Origin: Thecamonas trahens ATCC 50062
Lineage: Eukaryota > Protista > Apusomonadida
Assembly: GCF_000142905.1 (NCBI RefSeq)
Contig: NW_013657637.1
Location: 1-64,000 of the forward strand
Length of the DNA stretch: 64,000 nucleotides
Direction of reading: 5' to 3'
Positions 10,118 through 19,822 of the stretch are shown piece by piece; positions within the stretch are counted from its first letter, which is position 1, and each line of letters begins with the position of its first letter. A model generated the notes under the pieces. The model saw only the letters and a program-made list of their open reading frames with translations. It had not been told where the DNA came from and ran no database searches. The position numbers and the translations under genes were made by a program.

Positions 10118-11901
10118 ACCGGCTGTACTACGCAACGCTCAGACGAAAGCCCAAGGTCTCGTCGGGCATTCATTGGTTCTGTGTCGACTCGACGTTGGTG
10201 TACGAGCCGTTTATCGCCGACTTTGGCCCGCTGCATCTGGGCCATGTCTATCGGTTTTGCAAGCTGGTGCAGGGCAAGTTGGACGATCCGTCGCTGGCGG
10301 GCGTCAAGCTCGTCCACTACTCATCGAGCAACCAGCACAAGCGGTCGAACGCGGTGCATCTCATGGGCTGCTTTGGTGTCGCCGCCCTGGGATGGAAGGC
10401 TGCCGATGCTGTGGCCGCCTTTGCCAACGTCTACCCGCCGCTGCTCCCGTTCCGCGACGCGTCGTACGGCCCGTCGACGTACAACCTCATCCACGACGAG
10501 GTCTGGCGAGGGCTGTATCGCGGCATGCAGTACGGGTGGTTCTCGCTCGACTCCTTTGACGTCGAGTCGTACGACAAGTACCAGCGCGTGGAGGGCGGCG
10601 ACATGAACTGGATCGTGCCGAACCGCTTCCTGGCCTTTTCAGGCCCGCACGCGGCTAACACCTACGACCACGGCTACCGGCTTCTCACCCCCGAAGACTA
10701 CATTCCGTACTTCAAGGCCAACGGCATCGACACCATCGTTCGCTTCAACAAGGCTGTGTACGACAAGTCCCGCTTCGAGTCGCGCGGCTTCAAGTTTGTC
10801 GACCTCTACTACATCGACGGTGGCTTGCCGACCGACGCCATCATCGACGCCTTTATGGCCGCCTGTGAGGCCTCGCCGTCCGCCGTCGCGGTCCACTGCA
10901 AGGCCGGCCTCGGCCGCACAGGCTCGCTCCTCTCGTTGTACATGATGAAGCACTACGGCCTGACTGCCTCAGAGTGCCTCGGCTGGCTCCGCCTCTGCCG
11001 CCCGGGCTCTGTCATCGGCCCGCAGCAGCACTACCTCCACGACATGGAGGCGCTCATGCACTCGGAGGGTGCCGACTACCGTGCCCGCCACAACATCGCC
11101 TCTGCCGCCGCAGAAGCCGTCGCAGACGCAAAGCTGGAGACTGCCCCGGTCTTTGAGGAGGCCCGCGCCGCTGCCGCCGCCGCCCGCTCCGCCTCGTCGT
11201 CATCTCGCTCGCGCTCCTCGCGCTCCTCGCGCTCCTCGTCCTCGTCCTCCCGCGCGGCCGCCGCCGCCCCGTCCACCCCGCCGCGTGCCGCCCATCCGGA
11301 CGCCATGCCCGACACCCGCTCGCCGTCGGGCAAGATCCTCTCGCCCGGCGTCGGCTATGACACCGACCACAACACCACCTACTCGGTCCGCGACGTTGGC
11401 ATGGGCTCGCCGCTCACCCGCATCCGCGACTCGCCCGGCGCCTCGCGCCGCTCCTCGCCCTCATCGCCGCTCCGATCCTCGACAGTGTCATCCCACGCAC
11501 GCTCCTCGCCGTCCACCTCCTCGACCTCCTCTACCACCGCCGCTCCCTTTGTCTACCGCACCTCGCGCGGCAAGGTCTACTCGAACGCGCCGTCGTCACC
11601 GCTCTCGCCGCTCTCCTCGCCGGCCACCTCGCCGCTCCGTACTGCCTCGATCACCTCGCCGCTCCGCTCGACTGCCTCGTCCACTCGCTCCTCCCGCTCC
11701 TCGCGCGAGTACATGGGCTCGCGCTCAGCCTACGACTACTCGTCGCCGCGCTCATCGACCTCCACCTCCACCACCTCGCCCTCCATCCGTCGCGCACGCA
11801 CCTCGGCCACCTCTCCCTATCGCTCCACCACCACCTCTACCTCGTCCCGTCTCTCCTCACCCTCCAAGTCGACCTCGTCCTCGACCTATCGTCGCCGGTA
11901 G
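10118..11901 (+). CDS. CDC14: Cdc14 dual-specificity phosphatase (main exon; first exon in the gap)
   Basis: DRLYYATLR..YEPFIADFGPLHL, PFRDASYG, VEGGDMNWIVP, catalytic VHCKAGLGRTG, RPGSVIGPQQ. Pyrimidine tract plus TAG| acceptor at 10117. Ser/Thr/Pro-rich tail. Confidence 0.96.
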
Positions 11902-12051
11902 CGAACCACCACCGTCCGTCCACCCTCTCTATCGCTCCGTCATCCAACACGACTTGAAAGAACCGTATCACTTGCATCGCCCCCCCCCCCCCCCCCCCTT
12001 GCCTCAGCCCCACCCACCACCACCCCACCACCCCACCACCCCACCACCACC

Positions 12052-13107
12052 ATGTCCCTCCCTCCCCGCCTCACCTCCCTCCTCCTCACTGGTGCAGTGG
12101 TGGCCACAGCCGGTGCCCTCGCCTACGCTTACTGCGAACTCCTCGCCCCCTCACCGCCACCTCGTCGCCGGCGACAAACGACGACGACGACGACGACGAC
12201 GGCCGCCACCACCACCACCGACACAGCTATACTTGATGATGCCACAGTCACGGGCCATGTCAGCCGGAATGAGTTTGATGCTGCTACTGCCTTTATGTCG
12301 TGTGCTGCTGCTGCCGAGATCGAGGTCGATTCGCAGACACAGCTCGAGCTGTACGCCCTGTACAAGCAGGTCCATGTCGGTGATTGTCATGCCCCTGCTC
12401 CGTCGATGCTCTCGTTTACGGCCCGAGCAAAGTGGGATGCGTGGAACAGTCTCTCGGGCATGTCCGCCACAAACGCCATGGCTCTCTACGTGGCCATCGT
12501 CGACAAGCTCGCCGGCACCACCTGGCGCGAGCTCTCGGCAGACGACATCGCTGCTGCGGGCAAGGCCGAGGCCAAGAGCCAGGCCATGGGCCCGCGTGTC
12601 TCCACCATGGCTCGCGACGAGGATGACGACGATGCTGAGGATGTCAAAGTCTCGGCAATTGCTGCGGCGGCGCGTGCCGATCATGACGACGCGCTGGCCG
12701 CGCCGGCAGGGCCGAGCGCTACCGCCGCCGCCGCCGGACAGGGCGAGCCGGGAAAGACCGGTAGCATGTCCGCCATGCGCCTGCTCGTCGCCAAGGCCAA
12801 GGAGGAGGGCGCGTTGAACGCACTCGATGGCACAGGTATCGCCCCGCTGCACGCTGCGTGCGACATGGAGAACCTCGACCTGGTCTCTGCCCTCATCGAG
12901 GCCGGCGCCGACGTCAACATCTGCGACTCGGATGGCTCGACTCCACTGCACTATGCCGTCGTTCTCGACAACGTCGCCCTGGCCAAGCTCCTCCTTGCCG
13001 CCGGCGCCGCAGCCTCGCTTGCGGTTGCCGACGATGATGGCCTTCCCGCCGACAACGTCTCCTCGGACGAGATGGCGGTCGCCCTGGCTGCTGCGGCCGC
13101 CGAGTAA
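12052..13107 (+). CDS. ACBD6: Acyl-CoA-binding domain + ankyrin repeat protein with N-terminal hydrophobic anchor (ACBD6 / plant ACBP1-2-like)
   Basis: LELYALYKQVHVGDC..P..F.ARAKWDAWNSL.GMS (ACBP); MGPRVSTM; ankyrins GIAPLHAAC, DSDGSTPLHYA. Confidence 0.88.
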   Translation: MSLPPRLTSLLLTGAVVATAGALAYAYCELLAPSPPPRRRRQTTTTTTTTAATTTTDTAILDDATVTGHVSRNEFDAATAFMSCAAAAEIEVDSQTQLELYALYKQVHVGDCHAPAPSMLSFTARAKWDAWNSLSGMSATNAMALYVAIVDKLAGTTWRELSADDIAAAGKAEAKSQAMGPRVSTMARDEDDDDAEDVKVSAIAAAARADHDDALAAPAGPSATAAAAGQGEPGKTGSMSAMRLLVAKAKEEGALNALDGTGIAPLHAACDMENLDLVSALIEAGADVNICDSDGSTPLHYAVVLDNVALAKLLLAAGAAASLAVADDDGLPADNVSSDEMAVALAAAAAE

Positions 13108-13133
13108 AGGCTCGCGACGATGATAATGTAGGT

Positions 13134-14570
13134 TTACAGAGTCTGCGGTGCCGGAGCCTTTTGAAGCGCCGTCCGGTGGATGTGCTCCCACACCGTGGTG
13201 CCCGATGCAACGTCAAAGCTGAGCAGAGCCGAGGTCCGGCATCCAAAGCCCTGGTCCTCGGAAGACGCAGCGCGCGGAACACGCCAGTTCTCATAAACCA
13301 CCAGCCACGCGTCGTAGCACCGACAAGCGCGGCGGACGGCAATCGACCGGAGCTGGATGTCGATGGGTGCGGCGGCAGCCTGCCCGTACTCGTCGAGAAC
13401 GAGCTTTGTCAGCTGCGACTTGGAGTACGCCGCCCCGTTGGGCCGCACGATGACAAAGGCGTCGACCATGCGTGAGGTTAAGTACTCGATGTTCTCGGGC
13501 GACTTGGGAATCTCGCCGTTGGCCCACGCCGTGAAGAACCGGTGCATACTATCGACCTCGGTGAGTGTGTCGAGCGCGCCCACCGGCCGCCCCTCCCACA
13601 GCATGCCGTCGCCGTCGTCGTAGACCGGGACAAACTGCGCAGCCTTGAGCGCAGCCTGGGTCGCATCCGACGCCAACGCATGCGGGAGCGTCACTGTGAT
13701 CATCCGCGTACGATCGATCGACGAGCCGCTGCGGAGCTCGTCACGGAGCGCGCCCACCAGCGCCGTCCCTACCCCGTTCCGCCGCTCAGACTCGACAACA
13801 ACCCACGCCGAGACGGCAAACAGATCAAAGAGTCGGTTCCCGTGCAGCGCGCCCAGCAGTTTGTCGCCGCGCCGCGCCGTGACCAGAATAGCCGGCCCGG
13901 TCCCGGGCGGCGCGCCCGGCGGATACCCGAGCGTCTCCCACACACCGATGTTGTGCGCCTGCAGCCCGTCGGCGACCGCCGCAGCCGCAGCTTCATCCGG
14001 CGGCGACTGGAGCTCAAAGGTCACATCGTCGCCCAGCACCTCGGCCGCAGACGCCTCGGGCGGCGGAGACGCCTCGAGATCCTTTTCCAGCCACACGTTG
14101 CTTGCCGAGGCCGGCCACCCGGTTTGGGCGTGGCACCTCCGATAGCCGAGCCGCTCGTAGAAGGCTGGCGCTTGGTACGAGAGCGAGACCAGCGAGATCT
14201 TGGAGCCACCAGCGTCGACCACTGCACGCTCAAAGGCGTTGACCAGGAGCGTTCCCACGCCACGACCGCGGAGGTCATCGTCGACATAGAGGACATCAAT
14301 CTTGGCTTTGCCAGAGACCTCGTCGAGGTAGCCTGTGAGGCCAGCGAGCGTGATGGAGTTCCGAAGGACAAAGACACCAAAGTGAGTCTTCTTGGACTTG
14401 TTCGTCGTCACGTAAGCAGCAACACCAGACGCACCACTGGCGAGCTCTCCTCGGACTTGAGCAACGAGCTCGGCAGATGGCCCTTTTTCCACAGATAGCA
14501 AAAAACGAGGTGTGCCAGAAAAAAGCTCCGCTCGGCCAAGTTCCGAAGGCCGGGGCTGGGACGCTGCCAT
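13134..14570 (-). CDS. Tandem GNAT acetyltransferase domains fused to a C-terminal NTF2/DUF4440-like domain
   Basis: LYVDDDLRGRGVGTLL..SYQAPAFYERLGY (GNAT1); WVVVESERRNGVGTAL (GNAT2); EVDSMHRFFTAW...FVIVRPNG...VVYEN...WEHIHRT (NTF2-like). Confidence 0.82.
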   Translation of the reverse strand: MAASQPRPSELGRAELFSGTPRFLLSVEKGPSAELVAQVRGELASGASGVAAYVTTNKSKKTHFGVFVLRNSITLAGLTGYLDEVSGKAKIDVLYVDDDLRGRGVGTLLVNAFERAVVDAGGSKISLVSLSYQAPAFYERLGYRRCHAQTGWPASASNVWLEKDLEASPPPEASAAEVLGDDVTFELQSPPDEAAAAAVADGLQAHNIGVWETLGYPPGAPPGTGPAILVTARRGDKLLGALHGNRLFDLFAVSAWVVVESERRNGVGTALVGALRDELRSGSSIDRTRMITVTLPHALASDATQAALKAAQFVPVYDDGDGMLWEGRPVGALDTLTEVDSMHRFFTAWANGEIPKSPENIEYLTSRMVDAFVIVRPNGAAYSKSQLTKLVLDEYGQAAAAPIDIQLRSIAVRRACRCYDAWLVVYENWRVPRAASSEDQGFGCRTSALLSFDVASGTTVWEHIHRTALQKAPAPQTL

Positions 14571-15859
14571 GAGGAGGTACTAAAGACGACCTGTACTTCC
14601 TCCGCGACAAACCAAGGTCACCTTGTTGACCACCACTTGCTTCTTCTTGTATGTACACAAAGAGAAAACTCTGTCTCTTGCTCTGCCTCCCTACTCTCCC
14701 TCTGCCTCTGCCTCTCTCTCCCCCCTCTGCCTCCCGTCCGAACACCACCGCGACGAGTGGCCGCCTTGCCACTGCCATTCCGCCAAAACTTTGACACGCT
14801 TCCATTCCCACTGTCACTCATGGCTCGTCCACAGCATGACTCGTTGGCTCGAGTCACGCCAATGTTGCCGGAACTGCTACGACTCGCTTACGCTCGCAGG
14901 AGGCGGAGCAAAGCCAAGTGAGCCGGCTGGCTCCCTACTTTGCTGAGAGCTCCGATGGCGTCGACCCACCTACCTCTTTGATGACGATGCCGCCGACGAC
15001 GACAGTGATGATGACGACGACCACGACGACGGCTGCTCTTTGGGCGCCCAAATCTTGACGTGATTTTGGCTCGACGCGAGCACGCGGCTGCAGATCATCC
15101 ACACGCGGGTGACCTTCCCACCCGCACGATGTGCTGGCATAGAGGGACAGACGGTCGAGCCAGTCGAGCGACCGCTCGGCCGGCAACTGAGAGTGGTGCA
15201 CTCCCTCTGCTGTGCCAAACCAGTGCCAGTGCCCCTCAATAGCGTCAACGCAAAGTCCGAGACCAGGTGATCATGTGCGGCCCTGGGGTGAAAGGGTGCA
15301 GGTCAAGGCGCCGCGTGTTCTAGGCCACGGGGACGCTCTGCTTGGGTAGACGTAATGTGCTTGATAATGAGAGGAGGCGCCGAAATGGTCATGGCCTGGG
15401 AATGGTGGGAAGACGCGCTGTGGATGTATGGATATCGGGGGCTGCGCGTGCTGTAAAAATACGACGCTATTCACGACCGAGATCCGGAACACGACGCCGT
15501 CCTCATGTCTCTGCAGGCTGAGAAGGACGAGCGCCAACAGAGCTCGAATGTATGACTGTAGTTCGACAACAGCTAGCTGTTGCACTCTCGACCCTTGGGC
15601 ATCATGGTCGATTCTTTGGCCACACATGCTGAGCGCAGGTAGAGCTGGGGCGTGTTGTTTTTTCTTGCCGACATTATCAGGTCTTGTCACCCCAGCTCGT
15701 GTCGAGTACCCACAAGCCAATGCACTCACACCATGCATCTGTACTCGGCAATGATTGGAACAAGTTAGGAAGGACGACGCGTAGCCATGGTCGCCATAGT
15801 CGTCGTCTGCCGCCAATACGTGCTGTCGAGGCAACACCCGTCTCCTGCCGGCGAGGCCG

Positions 15860-16786
15860 ATGGCGGCCGCGGTGAAAGAGCGATCGCTGGCAGAGCTGTG
15901 GCTGGCAACAGACGGTGTGGCGGTCGCCAATCTGGTGGTCAAGAATCCGGGCGTAGCTGCGGCGCTGCTCCCATCGACCAGCAAAGCCCGCGATGAGGTC
16001 AACGACGGCGACGATGACGACGTCTCGGACGAGGTGTTGCACAAGCTCATCGCCAAGATCCGGCGTGACAAGCATCGGACATTGAGCCATGGCCGTGAGG
16101 TGAGCGCGAGCGAGCGCGAGGCCCGCGAGGAAACGCTTGTTGCTGTTCTTGTCGCGCTCGGGCAGCTACTGCCCCAGATCGGATACTGCCAAGGCATGAA
16201 CATGGTTGCCGGCTACGCGCTGGCCATGCACAACTTTGACGCCGAGCGCGGGCTGTGGACAACATGGGCCGTTCTCCGTCGCGGCGGCGGCTTGTACGCA
16301 CCGGGCATGCCAGGCTTTGACGCCGGCATGGCCTGGCTCGCCACGGCCATTCCCACGGTTCTCCCGGCGGTTGCCGCTGCCATGGCTGCCGCTGACGTCG
16401 TCCCACTCATGTTCGCCTCGGCCTGGCTCCACACGCTCATGTCGCACGACTCGCTGCCGGCGCATGTGACTCGCGCGACATGGACGGCCATGGCAAGCGC
16501 CGAGCTGCCGCCGCAAGCTTGTGCAGCTGCGGGGGCTACCGGCAGCCGTCCGCACGTTGTGGTTGTCCTTGCGGCCGCTCTCGCGCTCCTCGCCTGCCTC
16601 GAGCCTGCGCTTGGACCTGCTGCTGTCGATACCATGGCCTTTCTCTCGGTCTTTCGCGACGATGAGCTCATCAAGACCATGGTTGAGCCGGCCGCCTTTG
16701 CCCGCGCCTTTGCTCCAGCCGTCGACTTTCTCTTTGCCGATCAGGCCGCACTGACACAGCTGATTTCGGCCTTTGCCGCGCCCTGA
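15860..16786 (+). CDS. Rab-GAP TBC domain protein
   Basis: IRRDKHRT (IxxDxxRT arginine finger), IGYCQGMNMVAG, PLMFASAWLHTLM. Confidence 0.88.
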   Translation: MAAAVKERSLAELWLATDGVAVANLVVKNPGVAAALLPSTSKARDEVNDGDDDDVSDEVLHKLIAKIRRDKHRTLSHGREVSASEREAREETLVAVLVALGQLLPQIGYCQGMNMVAGYALAMHNFDAERGLWTTWAVLRRGGGLYAPGMPGFDAGMAWLATAIPTVLPAVAAAMAAADVVPLMFASAWLHTLMSHDSLPAHVTRATWTAMASAELPPQACAAAGATGSRPHVVVVLAAALALLACLEPALGPAAVDTMAFLSVFRDDELIKTMVEPAAFARAFAPAVDFLFADQAALTQLISAFAAP

Positions 16787-17132
16787 CCTCGCCTGCTACC
16801 AGCCAACGTGATCTGCGACCGCAGACCACTCCGAACTCGGCCTCTATCGCCATCATTTCCAGCCAGGATGACATGCACGTGACCTTGCACCGCCGCCCGC
16901 TACCCACTCCTCGACTGTCCAAAGAGTGCACAAAGATGACACACTTTTTATACTCAGCTGACGTGATCCCGAGTCAATTGACCAATGAGCGGGAGTTCGC
17001 GGTCAAACGTGCGGAGGTCGCTGTCCGTTTTTCGAGCGACTCGGCCACATCAAAACCAAGGCGAGTTTGTTCGTAGTCGGCGCCCGCACACACCAGCACA
17101 AATCTCACTTGGCACAACACATCAAGTACATC

Positions 17133-18185
17133 ATGTCTGCTGAAGCAACTGGACCGAACAAGGCTGTGCATGTCATCTCCCGGCCCGAGGGTATGGTGAG
17201 TGTTGATAACTTTGCTGTGGTGGAGGTCGACGAGCCGACGGCACCGACGGCAGAGGCACCTGTTCAGCTCAAGCTGGAGCATGTCTCGGTCGATCCGTAC
17301 ATGCGTGGTCGCATGCGCGATGCCAAGTCGTACATTCCGCCGTTTGCTCTCGGCGAGCCGGGTGCTGGTGGCGTCGTCGCTCGCGTCGTTGCTGTTGCCG
17401 ACGATGGCGAGACGGCCGGCCTTGCCGCAGGTGATCTGGTCGTCGGCATGCTCCCGTGGGTCCTCCGCCAGAACGCCCGTCCCGACGGCCTGACAAAGGT
17501 TGATGAGGCCGTCCTCGGCGGCGCGTCCAGCTCGCTCCTCCTCGGCGTCCTCGGCCTCACGGGCCTCACTGCTCTGCTGCCCATCGAGAAGTTCTCGCAG
17601 CCCGAGGCTGGCAAGGTCGCCTTTGTCTCGGGCGCTGCCGGCGCTGTCGGCTCGGTCGCCGGTGCCGTGCTCAAGGCCAAGGGCTGCACCGTCTACGGCT
17701 CCGCCGGCTCGGACGAGAAGTGTGCTATCGCCCAGGCCGACTGCGGCTTTGACGCCGTCTTCAACTACAAGACCGTCGGCTCGCCCGGCGAGGGCCTTGA
17801 CTCGGTCCTCGACGGCAAGGCCATCGACATCTACTACGACAACGTCGGCGGCGAGATGCTCGACGCGGTCCTGGCTCGCATGGCGCCGAACGGCGTCATC
17901 ATCTGCTGCGGTGCCATTTCTCAGTACAACAAGAAGCCCGAGGAGCTGTACGGCCTCAAGAACTACTTCAACATCATCGGCCGCTCGCTCAGCGTCCACG
18001 GCTTTATCGTCACCAACTGGGCCAACGAGTTCCCCGCCGCCATCGGCCGCCTTGCTGGCATGCTCCAGGCCGGCCAAATCCCGGTCAAGGAGACCGTCCG
18101 CGAGGGCTTTGAATCGGTTCCGGCCGCCTTTGTCGACCTGTTCAAGGGCGCCAACGTCGGCAAGATGATTGTCTCCAAGCTGTAG
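17133..18185 (+). CDS. NADP-dependent oxidoreductase (prostaglandin reductase / CurA-like MDR family)
   Basis: SVDPYMRGRM, LGVLGLTGLTA, VSGAAGAVGSVAG, YYDNVGGEMLD, CGAISQYN, GANVGKMIV. Confidence 0.95.
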   Translation: MSAEATGPNKAVHVISRPEGMVSVDNFAVVEVDEPTAPTAEAPVQLKLEHVSVDPYMRGRMRDAKSYIPPFALGEPGAGGVVARVVAVADDGETAGLAAGDLVVGMLPWVLRQNARPDGLTKVDEAVLGGASSSLLLGVLGLTGLTALLPIEKFSQPEAGKVAFVSGAAGAVGSVAGAVLKAKGCTVYGSAGSDEKCAIAQADCGFDAVFNYKTVGSPGEGLDSVLDGKAIDIYYDNVGGEMLDAVLARMAPNGVIICCGAISQYNKKPEELYGLKNYFNIIGRSLSVHGFIVTNWANEFPAAIGRLAGMLQAGQIPVKETVREGFESVPAAFVDLFKGANVGKMIVSKL

Positions 18186-18264
18186 CCGGCCGCGTCCCCA
18201 CGCATTACACCGCACATTTCTCTTTCCCAACTACAAAGAGTGTCTCCTCCTGCGCTGCGCTCAC

Positions 18265-18870
18265 TCACACCCGGGGCTCGTTTGCCGGCAGTGCCGCCAG
18301 CGGCATCTGGAACAGCAGCGGACTCGCACCGTTGACGCCGTGGCCCAGACCCTGGTCCTGACCCTGATCTTGCATCTGCACCTGCATCTGCATCTGCATC
18401 TGCATCTGGAGCTGGTGCTGGAGCTGGTGCAGCATCTCTTCCGACAGCTCCTGTCCTCCATGCGAGTGTCCGCCGCCACCGCCGCCGACGTGACCGCGGC
18501 CGCCGTGTCCATGACTGTGGCCGTGATCGCGCCCGTGGCTGTGGCCATGTGAGTGGCCGTGATCATGCCCGCAGCCAGAGCCGTTGTGCCCGCCGCCTCC
18601 GCGGCCTCCCCCGAGCAGCGACTGGGCAGCGACGACGATGCCACCGATGTAGACCATGGGAATGTAGACCGCGAGCAGCTGGTCATACGACGAGTACAGA
18701 TAGCGGCAGGCAGGAAGGGTATGATGGGCGAGATGGGCTTCGACGTAGTGGCCGATGATACCAGCGAGAAGGATGACCAAAGCCAGCGCCATGAACAGCG
18801 GCTTTCTGAGCAAAGGAAGCAAACCACGAGAACAAGAAGATGGACCGTTCTTCACCATCATCATCATCAT
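18265..18870 (-). CDS. Small 2-TM protein with His/Gly-rich and Gln/Met-rich tail; start uncertain
   Basis: Hydrophobic FMALALVILLAGIIG and LLAVYIPMVYIGGIVVAA, then HDHGHSHGHSHG and (QM)n encoded by (CATCTG)n. Confidence 0.5.
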   Translation of the reverse strand: MMMMMVKNGPSSCSRGLLPLLRKPLFMALALVILLAGIIGHYVEAHLAHHTLPACRYLYSSYDQLLAVYIPMVYIGGIVVAAQSLLGGGRGGGGHNGSGCGHDHGHSHGHSHGRDHGHSHGHGGRGHVGGGGGGHSHGGQELSEEMLHQLQHQLQMQMQMQMQVQMQDQGQDQGLGHGVNGASPLLFQMPLAALPANEPRV

Positions 18871-19822
18871 TGATGGGAAGATGACCATGCCACCAGCCAC
18901 CAACATCATCATCGAGGAAAGGGTGAATGACCACCATGTCAGAGTGGTGCCACAACCACCTGCCGACCTCATGCCCGTCAGCCCAGCCCAGCCACATACA
19001 CACACAAAACAGACTCGAAGTACACTCGCTCGCTTGGGTAGCCCTATCTGTGGAAGACTCGGACCCACTACTCTCGCCTCGGCCATCTCGTCCCTGCGTG
19101 CAGTGTACCGAGTTGCCCTCCCGCTCTCCGCTCCCCGCTCCCTGCTCCCTGCCCTGCTCCAGCCTCGGCCCCACTCTTGATGCGCTCGTCCACCGTCCAC
19201 CACCAAACTCGAGCCCATCCACTGCATCACACCGATCGTAGCATTTGCAGTATCAATCGAGAGGAAAGGGTGTGATCGATGTTGGTTGAGCACGGTAATG
19301 ACGATGATGGCTGGTACCGTGTCGTATTGCGCCTTGTCCAGACCGTCGCGAGATGCGACGCATCATCATCACAAGGAAGGGTAAGCGAGGACGGGCTTGA
19401 TCGATGTCGGTTGTGCAAGAATAAGCCTGCCGCCTGTAAGTATACCTGCCCCCTCACCTGCCCGACCTTTGCCGCTGCGTTGGTACCATGCCTCATCCCC
19501 CACCCACACACACATCGATCAACAACGTATATTTGGTCAACAACAAAACATGGCAAGATCAAGCCTAGCCATTGCCGCGGTAAGCCAACGCCAAGCAGCG
19601 GAGCAGCTCGATTGGGGGGCGTAGCAGCTCGATCGGGGCGTAGCAGCTCGATCGAGGAGGGAAAGACGCCTCTTTATCACGGCGTTGCCGCATTTGCGAC
19701 ACCCACGTGGGCGGCGAATTCACGTTGGTCATCCAACCCGTTTGCCAGAGAACCATGAGCGTGCCCATGGCCGGGCCGACCTTCTCCACCAAGCACACCA
19801 CTCTGCCAGGCACAAATACAGT

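Noticed and set aside
14820-15780. Possible gene fragments (acidic DDD run; minus-strand 310-aa ORF)
   Set aside because: Frames do not join and no motif is recognised; cannot support a call.
19400-19470. CRLCKNKPAACKYTCP zinc-finger-like peptide with a GTAAGT donor-like site
   Set aside because: Incomplete ligand set and no downstream exon identified.
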